From contig CAVWFS010000013.1 of NCBI GenBank assembly GCA_963754315.1, forward strand, positions 1 to 64,000: a stretch of DNA of 64,000 bases, read 5' to 3'. A program made the position numbers and the translations under genes. Each line of letters begins with the position of its first letter. Within the stretch, counting starts at the first letter, position 1. This DNA is from an uncultured Candidatus Rokubacteria bacterium. GTDB taxonomy: Bacteria; Methylomirabilota; Methylomirabilia; Rokubacteriales; CSP1-6. Of the stretch, positions 43,610 through 53,391 are shown piece by piece. The notes below the pieces were generated by a model. It made no database searches. It saw nothing but the letters and a program-made list of their open reading frames with translations, and was not told the DNA's origin.

Positions 43610-44194
43610 TCAGAGCTCCTTGAGGGGCGGTGTCTCGCCGGCGGGCAACGGATAACGGTCCACGTTCAGGATCATCGACACCGTGGAGTAGTAGCCGCCG
43701 GCCACGATCAGATCGATGACCCCCTGCTCGCCGAAGCGCTCGACCACCGCCTTGAACGTCGAATCGGAGACCTGCTTGTCGCGGAACAGCTCGCTGCAGA
43801 AGTTGTACACGATCCGCTCATCGTCGTTCATCTTGGGCGGGCGCCGGCCCTCGGCGATGGCGTCGATGATGGAGGCATCGAGCCCCGCCTCCTTGCCGAG
43901 CCGGCTGTGCGCCCAGAACTCGAACTGGGCGTTCCAGGACCGGCCGGCGATCAGGATGGCCATCTCGTTGAGTGGGGCCGGGATCACGCTGTGAAAGCGG
44001 ACGTACTCCCCGACCTTCTGCACGCGGTCGGCGACGTCGGGGCTGCGCAGGAGCGCGTTGAACGGACCCAGCGCACCCTTGCGAGGTCCGGAGACGATGG
44101 CCTGGTACGTCTGGCGTTGGCGCGGCGTCATCTCCGCGTCGGTGAGCAGCTTGAAGCGGCGGCCGCCGTCGACGGGAATCTTCGGAGCTTCCAT
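43610..44194 (-). CDS. Carboxymuconolactone decarboxylase (CMD/AhpD-like) family protein
   Basis: GPFNALLRSP; EMAILIAGR; QFEFWAH; FGEQGVIDL..GYY. Confidence 0.85.
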   Translation of the reverse strand: MEAPKIPVDGGRRFKLLTDAEMTPRQRQTYQAIVSGPRKGALGPFNALLRSPDVADRVQKVGEYVRFHSVIPAPLNEMAILIAGRSWNAQFEFWAHSRLGKEAGLDASIIDAIAEGRRPPKMNDDERIVYNFCSELFRDKQVSDSTFKAVVERFGEQGVIDLIVAGGYYSTVSMILNVDRYPLPAGETPPLKEL

Positions 44195-44209
44195 GGGGTA
44201 GTGTCCTCC

Positions 44210-44752
44210 TCAGGACGTGGGTGACTCGCGGGCAGTGAGAATAGCCACGATGGGCTCGACCAGGCGCTCGGCTCGCTCCTCGAGCTCCCCGCCCCTCGCA
44301 TTGGCGATGGGATGCGGAGTCTCCAGAAAGCGAAAGCTCGGCAACCCCCAGCTCTCGGCCATGGCGCGACCGGTCTCGCGGAAGGGCTCGGTGATGACCG
44401 CGATGGCCGGCACTCCTTGCTGCTCCAGCAGAATGGCGTCGAGCACACTGCTCGACGAGCAGGACCCTCAGTCTCCGATGCCCGAGACGACGAAATCGGC
44501 CTGTCGGCGGAGTGCCGCCACTGCCGCCTCCGTCACCTCGTGGCTGGGCGAGCGTTTGCGATCGAGGTGAGTGACCTTCATGTCGAAGCGCTGGCACAGC
44601 CGGTCGGCCAGCTTCAGAAGAATCGCGTCGGAATTCATCTTGGTGTTCTCGACGAGCCCGATACGCAACCCGTCCAGGCGGGCTGGGCGGGGGGCGAGGC
44701 TGGCCGCACGGGGACTGGGAGGAGAGGTGGGATCGAAGAGCTTCAGAACCAT
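44210..44752 (-). CDS. UGSC-family selenoprotein (180 aa, Sec at codon 95)
   Basis: ORFs 44468..44752 and 44210..44446 are in the same frame and joined by TGA: ..VVSGIGD-U-GSCSSSVLDAILLEQQGVPAIAVITEPF..HP. AAGGAGG SD lies only before 44752. A hairpin follows the UGA. Confidence 0.88.
44437..44457 (-). promoter_or_regulatory. Candidate bacterial SECIS hairpin
   Basis: CGUCGAGCA-GUG-UGCUCGACG: 9-bp stem whose G-first loop starts 20 nt after the UGA. Confidence 0.7.
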
Positions 44753-44771
44753 GAGCGCCTCCTTCGAATGG

Positions 44772-45833
44772 TCAGGCGGGGATGTCGATCGGAATGGTCA
44801 CGCTGCGGCTCCACTTCTTGCCCCAGCCGGGCAGCGCGGCCGACCACGCACCGGCCCGTCCGCCCGCGAACACGATCAGGATGTCGTCCGGATCCTGGAA
44901 GACCCGACGCCAGGTGCTTTCATCCTCGGTCGAAGGCTCGCCGGGGAGCCTGGCCGCTCGCTTGAAGTCAGCCACGGTGCGCCGCGCGTGCTCCACCAGG
45001 AACTGCTGAACCTGGCGACGGCTCCAGCCGCTCCCGCGCAGCACGTCGGCGTGCTCGCCCGCGAACACGATCAGCGACTCGTTGAAGCCGATGACGTTCG
45101 GGATCCCTGCGTGGCACAGGGCATCGGCAAAGCAGCGCAGCAACGGCTCCGGCCGGGCCGCGAGCTGGTTGTAGACCTGATTGAGCGAGTTGCAGGCGTA
45201 GACCGTCACCGCGCTCTGCTCGGGTCTTAGCCCGCGCCAGACGTGAAACGGGCCCCAGGGACTCGCCGCCTCGTTCTCGGCGAAGCAGAAGGCGTACTTC
45301 CCGGGGTTGCCGAGGGTGGCCCGATCGAGGAAGCCCGGGCGGGTATTCATGACGTTCATCATGACCAGACGCACGGCGCGCCCGATCGTGGCGTTGGCGC
45401 GCCAGCCTTGGCCGAGGACGTTGTTGCCCGAATTCAGTCCGATTCGCAGGGCGAGAGGGCCGTTGACGATCAGGATCATGGCCGACCCGCCGGTGCTGCT
45501 GGCCGGACCATGGTAGGCGAAGTCGGGATGACAGAGACCCCGTACGGCGGCCGCCACCACCGGGGCGTACTCTGGACGGCAGCCAGCCATCACGGCATTG
45601 ATGGCGAGCTTCTCTGCCGTCACTACCGTATTGCGTCCCGGAATCTCCCCGATGACGTCGGGTCCGGCCAAACCGGCCGCGGCCAGGGTGGCAGCGATGG
45701 CCTTCTCCGAGGGAGGCACGACGGGGAGGCCGTCCGTCCATCCGCGCTCGTAGTAGGCCTCCACCAGGCTGATCGCATCGTCGGGATCGGGATCGCGCGC
45801 GCAGGCGGCGACGAGGGGATCAGATGAAGGCAT
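44772..45833 (-). CDS. Conserved protein of unknown function typically encoded next to UGSC proteins
   Basis: RGWTDGLPVVPP; NAVMAGCRPEY; STGG; RANATIGRA; GNPGKY..FAENE..SPW. Confidence 0.85.
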   Translation of the reverse strand: MPSSDPLVAACARDPDPDDAISLVEAYYERGWTDGLPVVPPSEKAIAATLAAAGLAGPDVIGEIPGRNTVVTAEKLAINAVMAGCRPEYAPVVAAAVRGLCHPDFAYHGPASSTGGSAMILIVNGPLALRIGLNSGNNVLGQGWRANATIGRAVRLVMMNVMNTRPGFLDRATLGNPGKYAFCFAENEAASPWGPFHVWRGLRPEQSAVTVYACNSLNQVYNQLAARPEPLLRCFADALCHAGIPNVIGFNESLIVFAGEHADVLRGSGWSRRQVQQFLVEHARRTVADFKRAARLPGEPSTEDESTWRRVFQDPDDILIVFAGGRAGAWSAALPGWGKKWSRSVTIPIDIPA

Positions 45834-45900
45834 GTCGTGAGTCTAGCAGAGGGCCGGTACGGCGCAGAGGCGGCTCAGCCACTCGGCGTAGAATCAGAAC

Positions 45901-46551
45901 GTGGTCAACGGAACGGGACAGCTGGTGATCGTGAACGGAGGTTCAAGCGTAGGCAAGACGAGTCTCTGCCGCGCGTTGCAAGACATGCTCTGGGAGCGCA
46001 AGCGGCAGCTCTACTGCCTTCTAGGCATCGACGCCTTCTGGTTGTCCTTACCCCCCAAGCAGCTCGATGTGCGGCGGGTGGAGGCGGAGTTCTACACGAC
46101 CGAGACCTACGAGGACAACGGCCTTCCCTATTTCATCGTGCATCCAGGTCCCTTGCTGGACGAGGTGATGTACGCGCGCTACCGGGCCATCAAGGCCTAT
46201 CTCGATCACGGGCTCAACGTGATCTCGGACGACGTGCTCTGGAAGCGGGAGTGGCTCGAGGACGCGGTGCGGCTGCTGGCGGATTACCACGTCGTCTTCG
46301 TGGGCGCCCGTATCTCCGACGCGGAAGGGGCCCACCGGGAGGAGCTGCGGGGCGACCGCTACCCGGGCTGGGATCGCGGGTCGCAGCGGACGGTCCACCT
46401 GCACGCGCTCTACGACGAGGAGATCGACACCACCTACGACACGCCCCAGACCTCGGCGGCCAAGATCTTCGGCTTCCTGGAGAGCGGGTTGACGCCGTCG
46501 GCGTTCGCACGTCTCCGGGAGCGGTTTGCGCAAGCGCGGCGCGTCGGATAG
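45901..46551 (+). CDS. Chloramphenicol phosphotransferase (CPT)-like P-loop kinase
   Basis: NGGSSVGKT; LGIDAF; GLNVISDDV; RE..RGDR.PG; YDEEIDT. Confidence 0.85.
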   Translation: MVNGTGQLVIVNGGSSVGKTSLCRALQDMLWERKRQLYCLLGIDAFWLSLPPKQLDVRRVEAEFYTTETYEDNGLPYFIVHPGPLLDEVMYARYRAIKAYLDHGLNVISDDVLWKREWLEDAVRLLADYHVVFVGARISDAEGAHREELRGDRYPGWDRGSQRTVHLHALYDEEIDTTYDTPQTSAAKIFGFLESGLTPSAFARLRERFAQARRVG

Positions 46552-46608
46552 GCGTTTGGGGCGACAAAACGGTACACTCGCAGCGGGACATCCCAAGGGA
46601 GGCAGCTC

Positions 46609-47112
46609 ATGGCCAATCAGATGGTCGGCGAGCTTCGCGCGAAGGGCGATGCCGCGTTCGAGAACCTGACCCGGCAGCTGCGCGGCATGGAGCCGTACAT
46701 GGAACGAACGGACGCTCCCGGCCAGTGGACGACGCGCCAGGTCCTCTGCCACCTGCTCTTCGAGCCGGGCTGGAAGCCCGAGGAGACCCTCAAGACCTTC
46801 GCCCACACGAACCTGCCGGTCATCGAAGTCACTTCGGTGAGCGACACCTCGGGCGCGCGGGCGACCATGGCGCTCGGTCAGTTCGTGGAGGCCCTGGACG
46901 AGCAGCGACGCGTCGTCTTCGGCTACCTCGACACCTTGAGCGACGCGGACCTCGCGCGCAAAGCGCGCATTCCCATCTTCAAGCAGATCATGGGCACCGA
47001 CGAGATCCCCATCACCACCTTCGTGGGTGCCCTGTTCGACCATCACTGGAATGATCACGCCGGACAGATCGCCAGGATTCGCCAGGCGGTGGGACTGCCT
47101 CCCGCCGGCTAA
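46609..47112 (+). CDS. DinB-like four-helix protein
   Basis: GGAGG SD; WTTRQVLCHL and HWNDHAGQI His motifs. Confidence 0.75.
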   Translation: MANQMVGELRAKGDAAFENLTRQLRGMEPYMERTDAPGQWTTRQVLCHLLFEPGWKPEETLKTFAHTNLPVIEVTSVSDTSGARATMALGQFVEALDEQRRVVFGYLDTLSDADLARKARIPIFKQIMGTDEIPITTFVGALFDHHWNDHAGQIARIRQAVGLPPAG

Positions 47113-47148
47113 CGGCACGGTCCCGACCTTCATGGTGCCCGCTTCTTC

Positions 47149-47805
47149 ATGCTGACCTTGAGCCTGCTGCAGGCGCGGCCGACCCCCACCCACGTGCTCT
47201 GCCTCGGGGCGCATTCCGACGATATCGAGATCGGCTGCGGAGGGACGATGCTCAGCCTGCTGCAGGCCTCATCTGCACTCACGGTGACCTGGGTGGTCTT
47301 CGGCGCCCAGGGGATGCGGGTCGAGGAGGCCCAGCACAGTGCCGAGAGCTTCCTGGCCGCGGCCGCCAAGCGCGAGATCGTGATCCACGGCTTTCGTGAC
47401 GGCTTCTTCCCTTACACCGGCGCGCAGATCAAGGAGACCTTCGAGGCGCTCAAGGCGAGGATCTCACCGGACCTCGTCTTCACCCACTACCGGCACGACC
47501 TGCACCAGGACCATCGCCTCATCTCGGAACTGACGTGGAACACGTTCCGCGATCATCTGGTGCTGGAATACGAGATCCCCAAATACGACGGGGATCTTGG
47601 TGTCCCCAACCTGTTCGTGCCCCTCGAGGAGGCGCTCTGTCGCCGCAAGATCGACATCCTCCTGACGAGCTTCGCGAGCCAGCGCGACAAGCGCTGGTTC
47701 TCCGAGGATGTGTTCCGCTCGCTACTGCGGATACGGGGCATGGAGTGCAACGCGCCCAGCACCTACGCCGAAGCCTTCTATGGCAGGAAGCTGGTGGTGG
47801 GGTAG
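47149..47805 (+). CDS. PIG-L family deacetylase
   Basis: GAHSDDIEIGCGG; HQDH; YEIPKYDGD. Confidence 0.9.
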   Translation: MLTLSLLQARPTPTHVLCLGAHSDDIEIGCGGTMLSLLQASSALTVTWVVFGAQGMRVEEAQHSAESFLAAAAKREIVIHGFRDGFFPYTGAQIKETFEALKARISPDLVFTHYRHDLHQDHRLISELTWNTFRDHLVLEYEIPKYDGDLGVPNLFVPLEEALCRRKIDILLTSFASQRDKRWFSEDVFRSLLRIRGMECNAPSTYAEAFYGRKLVVG

Positions 47806-47822
47806 CGGCGTATCCGCGAGAG

Positions 47823-48786
47823 ATGCCGACCCTAGGCTTCCCGGCGCTGGTGGCGCACGCAGACTGGAGCTGCGACCCGAGAAAGCGCTGGATGGCGATC
47901 GGGCGCCATCACGGGCAGCACTACGAGCTCACCCTTCCTCAGCCGGTCGGCGACCTGGCAACGCTGTTCCAGCGCCTCGCTCGCCTGGCCGGCGGCGGCC
48001 AAGTGGTCGTGGGATTCGACTTTCCCATCGGGCTGCCTCTCGCCTACGCGAAGGGCGCGGGCATCGAGCGCTTTCTCGACGTGTTGCCGGTTCTGGGAGC
48101 TGGAGCGTGGCGCGACTTCTACAACGTCGCCGCGAGGCCTCACGAGATCGGGTTCGCGAGGCCGTTCTATCCGTTTCGACCGGAGAAGCGCCGCTCATGC
48201 CCACTTGACGAGCGCGCTCGGGGTGGCCGACATCCGCGCGCTGCGACGCGTGTGCGACGAGGGGAACGGACGGCGACGCGACGCGTGCCCGATATTCTGG
48301 ACTCTCGGAGGGCAGCAGGTCGGCCGGGCCGCCATTTCTGGCTGGCGTGATCTGCTTGCCCCCGCCGTCCGATCGAAAGCCGACGTGGCCCTGTGGCCGT
48401 TTCACGGACCTCTGCCCGATCTGCTCCGGCGCAGTCCGTGCATCGTGGCGGAGACGTATCCGGGCGAAGCGTGCCTGCACCTCGGGTTGACCGCCCCCGG
48501 CCGCGGCTGGAGCAAGAGAGACGTCGTGTCTCGTCAACGCCAAGGTCCCGGGCTGCTCGCGTGGGCGGCGGGGCGCGATGTTCGCCTTACCGACGAGCTC
48601 CGCGCGGCCATCGGCGCGGGATTCGGGGCCAGCGCGGTGGGGGAAGATCAGTTCGACTCGCTCGTGGGTGTGATGGGCATCGTCGAGGTGCTGCTGGGCG
48701 GCCGCGGGGGCGGAGCGCCGCTCGACTCGGATGTGGTCAACGTGGAGGGGTGGATCTTCGGCCAACCGCCGGCCTGCCGGACCTGA
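47823..48786 (+). CDS. DUF429-like (RNase H-fold) protein; frameshift ~48180-48205
   Basis: HADWS; GFDFPIGLP; FWTLGGQQVG; ETYP; EDQFD; EGWIFG. Confidence 0.7.
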
Positions 48787-48798
48787 GCTTCACCAGGG

Positions 48799-49944
48799 TC
48801 AGACAGGCAGCCGCTTGGCGATGATCTCGCGCATCATCTCCGACGAGCCCGAGGCGATCGTCCACATGCGATAGTCACGCGCGAATCGCTCGACCGGAAA
48901 CTCCCGCATGTAGCCGTAGCCTCCGTGGAGCTGCACCGCCTCGTAGGCAATCCCCTGCGCCGTCTCGGTCGCCAGGAGCTTGGCCATCGACACCTCCATC
49001 GCGCAGTCTGCGCCATCCATGTAGCGGGCCACCGCGTGGTAGGTGAGCCGGCGTGCCGCCTCGATCCGGGTGGCCATGTCGGCCATGCGATGGCGCAAGA
49101 CCTGATGCTCGGCGAGTGGGCGCCCGAAGGTCTGGCGCTGACGGAGGTACGCCTGGCAGTCCTCCAGCGCGCGCTGGGAAGCGGCCACACAGAGCACGGC
49201 CGCCATGAGCCGCTCGTGCTGCAGGCCGGCCGCCAGTTGATAGAATCCCCGGCCTGGCTCGCCCAGCAGGTTGGCGGCAGGCACCCGTACCTGATCGAAG
49301 GCGAGCTCGGCCGTGTCGGATGCCCACATCCCGGTCTTGGCCAGTGCGCGGCTAACCGTGAAGCCGGGTGTCCCCCGCTCGACCAGGAACTGTGAGAGCT
49401 GGCGATGACGCGCTCCCTCCTCGCTGGTGCGGGCGGCGACGAAGTAGAGATCCCCGTGCACGCCGTTGGTGATGAAGATCTTGCTACCGGTGATCACCCA
49501 TGAATCGCCGTCCTGGTGTGCCCGCGTTGTCAAGGCCACCATGTCGGACCCCGCCCCGGGTTCGGTGATGGCCAGGGCGCACACGGTCTCCCCTCGCGCG
49601 ATGGGGGGCAGCCAGCGACGCTTCTGCGCCTCGGTGCCGAAGCGAACGAGCCAGGGCGAGGACATGTCCGTGTGGACGATCACGCTGAAGGCGAACCCGC
49701 CCGAGCGGCTTCGCGCGAGCTCCTCCGCCAGGACAACCGACATCGCGAAGTCCGCGCCCGCCCCCCCGTAGGTTGGCGAGAACTGGACGCCGAGAAAACC
49801 CAGCTCGCCCATGCGCTGGAACACGTCCCGCGGAATCCGCCCCGCCTCTTCCCATTCGTCCACGCGCGGAACCACCTCGCGCTCGATCCACGCGCGGACT
49901 GCGCGGCGGAACGTCTCGTGCTCGTCGGTGAAGATTCCGCTCAT
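48799..49944 (-). CDS. Acyl-CoA dehydrogenase
   Basis: AITEPGAGSD; GSKIFITNG; RQTFG; QLHGGYGY. Confidence 0.95.
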   Translation of the reverse strand: MSGIFTDEHETFRRAVRAWIEREVVPRVDEWEEAGRIPRDVFQRMGELGFLGVQFSPTYGGAGADFAMSVVLAEELARSRSGGFAFSVIVHTDMSSPWLVRFGTEAQKRRWLPPIARGETVCALAITEPGAGSDMVALTTRAHQDGDSWVITGSKIFITNGVHGDLYFVAARTSEEGARHRQLSQFLVERGTPGFTVSRALAKTGMWASDTAELAFDQVRVPAANLLGEPGRGFYQLAAGLQHERLMAAVLCVAASQRALEDCQAYLRQRQTFGRPLAEHQVLRHRMADMATRIEAARRLTYHAVARYMDGADCAMEVSMAKLLATETAQGIAYEAVQLHGGYGYMREFPVERFARDYRMWTIASGSSEMMREIIAKRLPV

Positions 49945-50098
49945 GGCTGCGGCCTCCGCATCACGCGCCCCTATCTGACAGCATCCACTTGCGAGGTGCC
50001 AGTCGTCCTCGCGTTAGCCCCGCCGCTCAGCCCAGCGTCCCTCGTGATACAAGAGCGAGATGTGCCTGGTCGATCTCGGCGCGCATGTCTTGGGTCTG

Positions 50099-51350
50099 AT
50101 GGCGGACCAGCCCGCTGGTCTTGCGCGCCGGCCTGAGTTTCTCAAGCTCTGGGCCGCCTCCGCCATCTCCGATATCGGCTCACAGATCACGGTGGTGGCC
50201 CTGCCGCTGATCGCCGCCCTCACCCTGGGTGCGTCAGCTTGGGAGATGGGCCTGCTCTCGGCCGCGGGTTCGGCGCCGATCGTCCTGGTGGGACTGCTAG
50301 CCGGGGTGTGGGTGGACCGCGTGCGCCGCCGCCCAACCCTGATCGCGGCCGACGTGGGGCGCGCCGTCCTCTTGCTGGCCATCCCCCTGGCCAGTGTGGC
50401 CGGCGTTCTGCGCATCGAGATCCTCTACGCGGTCGCGCTTCTGGTGGGCGTGCTCACCGTGCTATTCGATGTCGCCTACCTGTCCTTTCTGCCGTCGCTA
50501 GTCGAGCGGAGCCAACTGATCGAGGGCAACAGCAAGCTCGAGGCAACGTCCTCGGCGGCCCAGGTGGCGGGCCCGGGGCTGGGCGGCCTGCTGGTGGGGA
50601 CGCTCGGCGCCGCCTTCGCCGTCCTCCTGGATGCGCTCTCGTTCGTCGTGTCGGCGCTGTTCATCGCCGCCATCCGGGTGAAGGAAGCATCGCTCGCGGC
50701 CCGTGGCCGAGCCGGGATGATGGCCGAGATCGGCGAGGGACTGCGCGTCGTCTTCACGGACCGCATCCTCCGGGTGCTCGTGGGATGCTCGGCCACCAGC
50801 AATCTCTTCGGTCGCATGTTCCTGGCCGTCTATGTCCTCTATATGACGCGGGACCTCGGCCTGGGGCCCGTCGGGGTCGGGCCTGGTGTTCTCCACGGGA
50901 GGTGTCGGTGCTCTCGTCGGCGCCCTGGCGGCCGGGCGGGTGACGCGGAGGTTTGGGCCGGGACCAACGATGACCTGGGCTCAGTTCCTCTTCGGGCTGA
51001 CCGGCATGGCGGTTCCGCTGGCGGTGCTCCTACCGCGGGTGGCGCTGCCCATGGTGGTGGCTTCGGAGTTCGGGCAGTGGCTGGCCGTGACCATCTACTA
51101 CGTGAATGTCGTCAGCGTCCGTCAAGCGCTCATCCCGGATCGTCTCCTGGGCCGGGTGAACGCCACCGCGCGCTTCGTCGGCGGCGGCGCGCTGCCGATC
51201 GGCGCCCTGCTCGGAGGCGCCCTCGGCGAGGCCATCGGTCTACCCCTCACCCTGGTGGTGGCCGAGTTCGGCATGCTCCTGGCGTTTCTGTGGCTGTTCC
51301 TATCACCCGTCAGGTCCCTGCGCGAGTTACCGACGCGAAAGCACCTCTAG
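50099..51350 (+). CDS. MFS transporter (MFS_3/DHA3-like); frameshift ~50880
   Basis: FLKLWAA; GVWVDRVRRR; about 12 TM across two frames; PDRLLGRV. Confidence 0.85.
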
Positions 51351-51784
51351 CCCTGGGTGAGACCCACCTGGCGGAGGACCGTCGCCTGGTCCCAGTAGAT
51401 ACGTTCACAGGCCAGCCGGCCGTCTCGAAACTGGACCACGATCACAAAATCGACGTCGATGACCCGGTTCGTGGCCGGCGTGCCGGGCAGCAACCAGTCC
51501 ATCCGGCGCTTGTGGGTGAAGCGCAGGTGATCCTCTTCCACGAGCTGGTCCTGGCCGAAGACGCGGTTGAAGGTCGTCATCTGTAGATCGTCGGGCCAGG
51601 AGCCGATGAATACGTCTCGGTAGAAGGCGCGAAGCTGCGTCTTGCCCCGGCCCCCCGTGTTGACGGGCACATGATTGACGAAGGCGTCGTCCACCATCGT
51701 GGCCAGGGTGGCCTCCACGTCCTTGGTCACGAACTCGTGGCGGATGTGCTCCGCCCAGACCTGCTCCATCTCCTGCTGGGTCAT
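51347..51784 (-). CDS. SnoaL/NTF2-like protein (ester cyclase family)
   Basis: WAEHIRHEF..DVEATLATM; NHVP; ERIYWDQATVL; start overlaps the SBP stop by 4 nt. Confidence 0.85.
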   Translation of the reverse strand: MTQQEMEQVWAEHIRHEFVTKDVEATLATMVDDAFVNHVPVNTGGRGKTQLRAFYRDVFIGSWPDDLQMTTFNRVFGQDQLVEEDHLRFTHKRRMDWLLPGTPATNRVIDVDFVIVVQFRDGRLACERIYWDQATVLRQVGLTQG

Positions 51785-53341
51785 GGACGCTTCAAGCGCA
51801 GGTCCTCGGCGGGCGCCGAGTATGGGAAGGCGGGAATGAGCGTGAGGGCGCCCTCCTCCACGCGCGGTCCCACGCCCCGAATGAAGCCGTTTTCCCAGAT
51901 CGGGCCGAAGATTTCCCGCTCGTGCAGGATCCGCTGGATCTGGTGGAGCAGCTCCTCGCGTTTCTTGCGATCGAGCTCGCGGGACTGGCGATGGAAGAGA
52001 TCCTGGACCTCGGGCAAGGTGCCATAGGTGTACTGCCCACCCTGCACCGCCAGTCCCTCGATTCGCGTGGCCGCGTTGCCGCCGGCGCCCTGAGCGCCGA
52101 TCACGATGCCGCGCAGCTTCTTGCCGCCCCAGGCCGAGAGGAACGCCGCTCGTTCCAGCGTACGGACCCGGGTGCGGATCCCGACCGCGCCGAGATTGGT
52201 GGAGATGGCCTCGGCCATCGAGAAGTAGGGCGGGTTCGGCGTCACATCTCCGCCGTCGAAGCCGTTGCCGTAGCCGGCCTCGGCCAGGAGCTTCTTCGCG
52301 CGCTGGGGATCGTAGGGCCGGGCCTCGATGGGCAGCGCGAACTCCATGTGGCGCGGGAACGATGTTGCCGGTGAGGCCCGAAAACCCGAGAGCCTCCGCC
52401 TCGTTGATGGCCTTGCGGTCGACGGCGAGGCTCGCCGCCAGGCGCACCCGCTGATCACGCCACGGCGAGGCGGAATCCCACTGGTCCACGAAGTCCATGA
52501 AGAAGACGGAATTGGTGCGCACCGCCGAGAGCTTGAGCCCTTGCGTACGCCGGACGTCCTCGGCGATGGGGCCGTTGAGGAAATAGGCGATGTCGACCTC
52601 TCCCCGCTTGAGGGCGGCCGCCCGCGTCGTCTCGTCGGGCACGCTCCTCAAGACCAGGCGCTTGACACTGGGGACCTTGCGCCAGTAGCCCTCGAACGCC
52701 TCCAGCACGACCTCGACACCAGGCGTGGCGCTCACGAACCGATAGGGACCAGCCCCGATCGGAGCCTTCAGGAAGCCGTCGTCGCCAACCTTCTCGACGT
52801 ACTTCTTGGGCACGACCCAGCCGGCGCCGGTAGCGGTGGTGCCGTAGAACGTCATGAAGTCGGGCCAGGCCTCGTTCAGCACGAAGCGGACTCGCCGCGG
52901 GTCCGGGGTCTGCACTTCCTTGACCTTGCTTTTCAGCAGTCGAGCGCCGCCGCCCTTGTAGCGCTCGAAGGAGAACCGAACATCCTCCGCCGTGACCGGG
53001 TCGCCGTTGTGAAACTTCACCCCTTGCCGCAGCACGAACTCGTAGGTGAGCCCGTTGGGCGACATCGTCCACGACTCGGCCAGGCTCGGCTGCATTCCGC
53101 CCGGCATCAGCTTGACCACCGCGTCGTGGAGGGGATACAGCAGCATGAACGGTGTGATGGCCGACTCCGTCTCGGCCGGGTCGAGCCAGCGCGGCGCCAG
53201 CGTGACATGGGCCGCCCAGGTCATGGTCCCCTCCGGAGCCGCGGTGGCGGGGGCGGCCATGGCAGCCACGATCAGGGCCAGAGCCAGCAGCGAGGGGACA
53301 AGCACACCGAGCAGGTCGGAACCGCGCATTCGTACGCTCAT
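51781..53341 (-). CDS. Family 5 ABC substrate-binding protein; frameshift ~52355
   Basis: Signal peptide; LAESW; LRQGVKFHNGDPVTAEDV; PIGAGPY; YDPQRAKKLLAEAGY. Confidence 0.88.
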
Positions 53342-53391
53342 CGTCTCTCATTTCTCGATCTCTCACGCGATCGTTGATCCTTCGTGACGGG

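Noticed and set aside
45901..46551. Chloramphenicol resistance gene
   Set aside because: Only family-level similarity; the substrate cannot be inferred.
51347..53341. Apparent binding protein-SnoaL fusion (664 aa)
   Set aside because: Created by a frameshift near 52355; the binding protein ends at 51781 and SnoaL has its own ATG at 51784.
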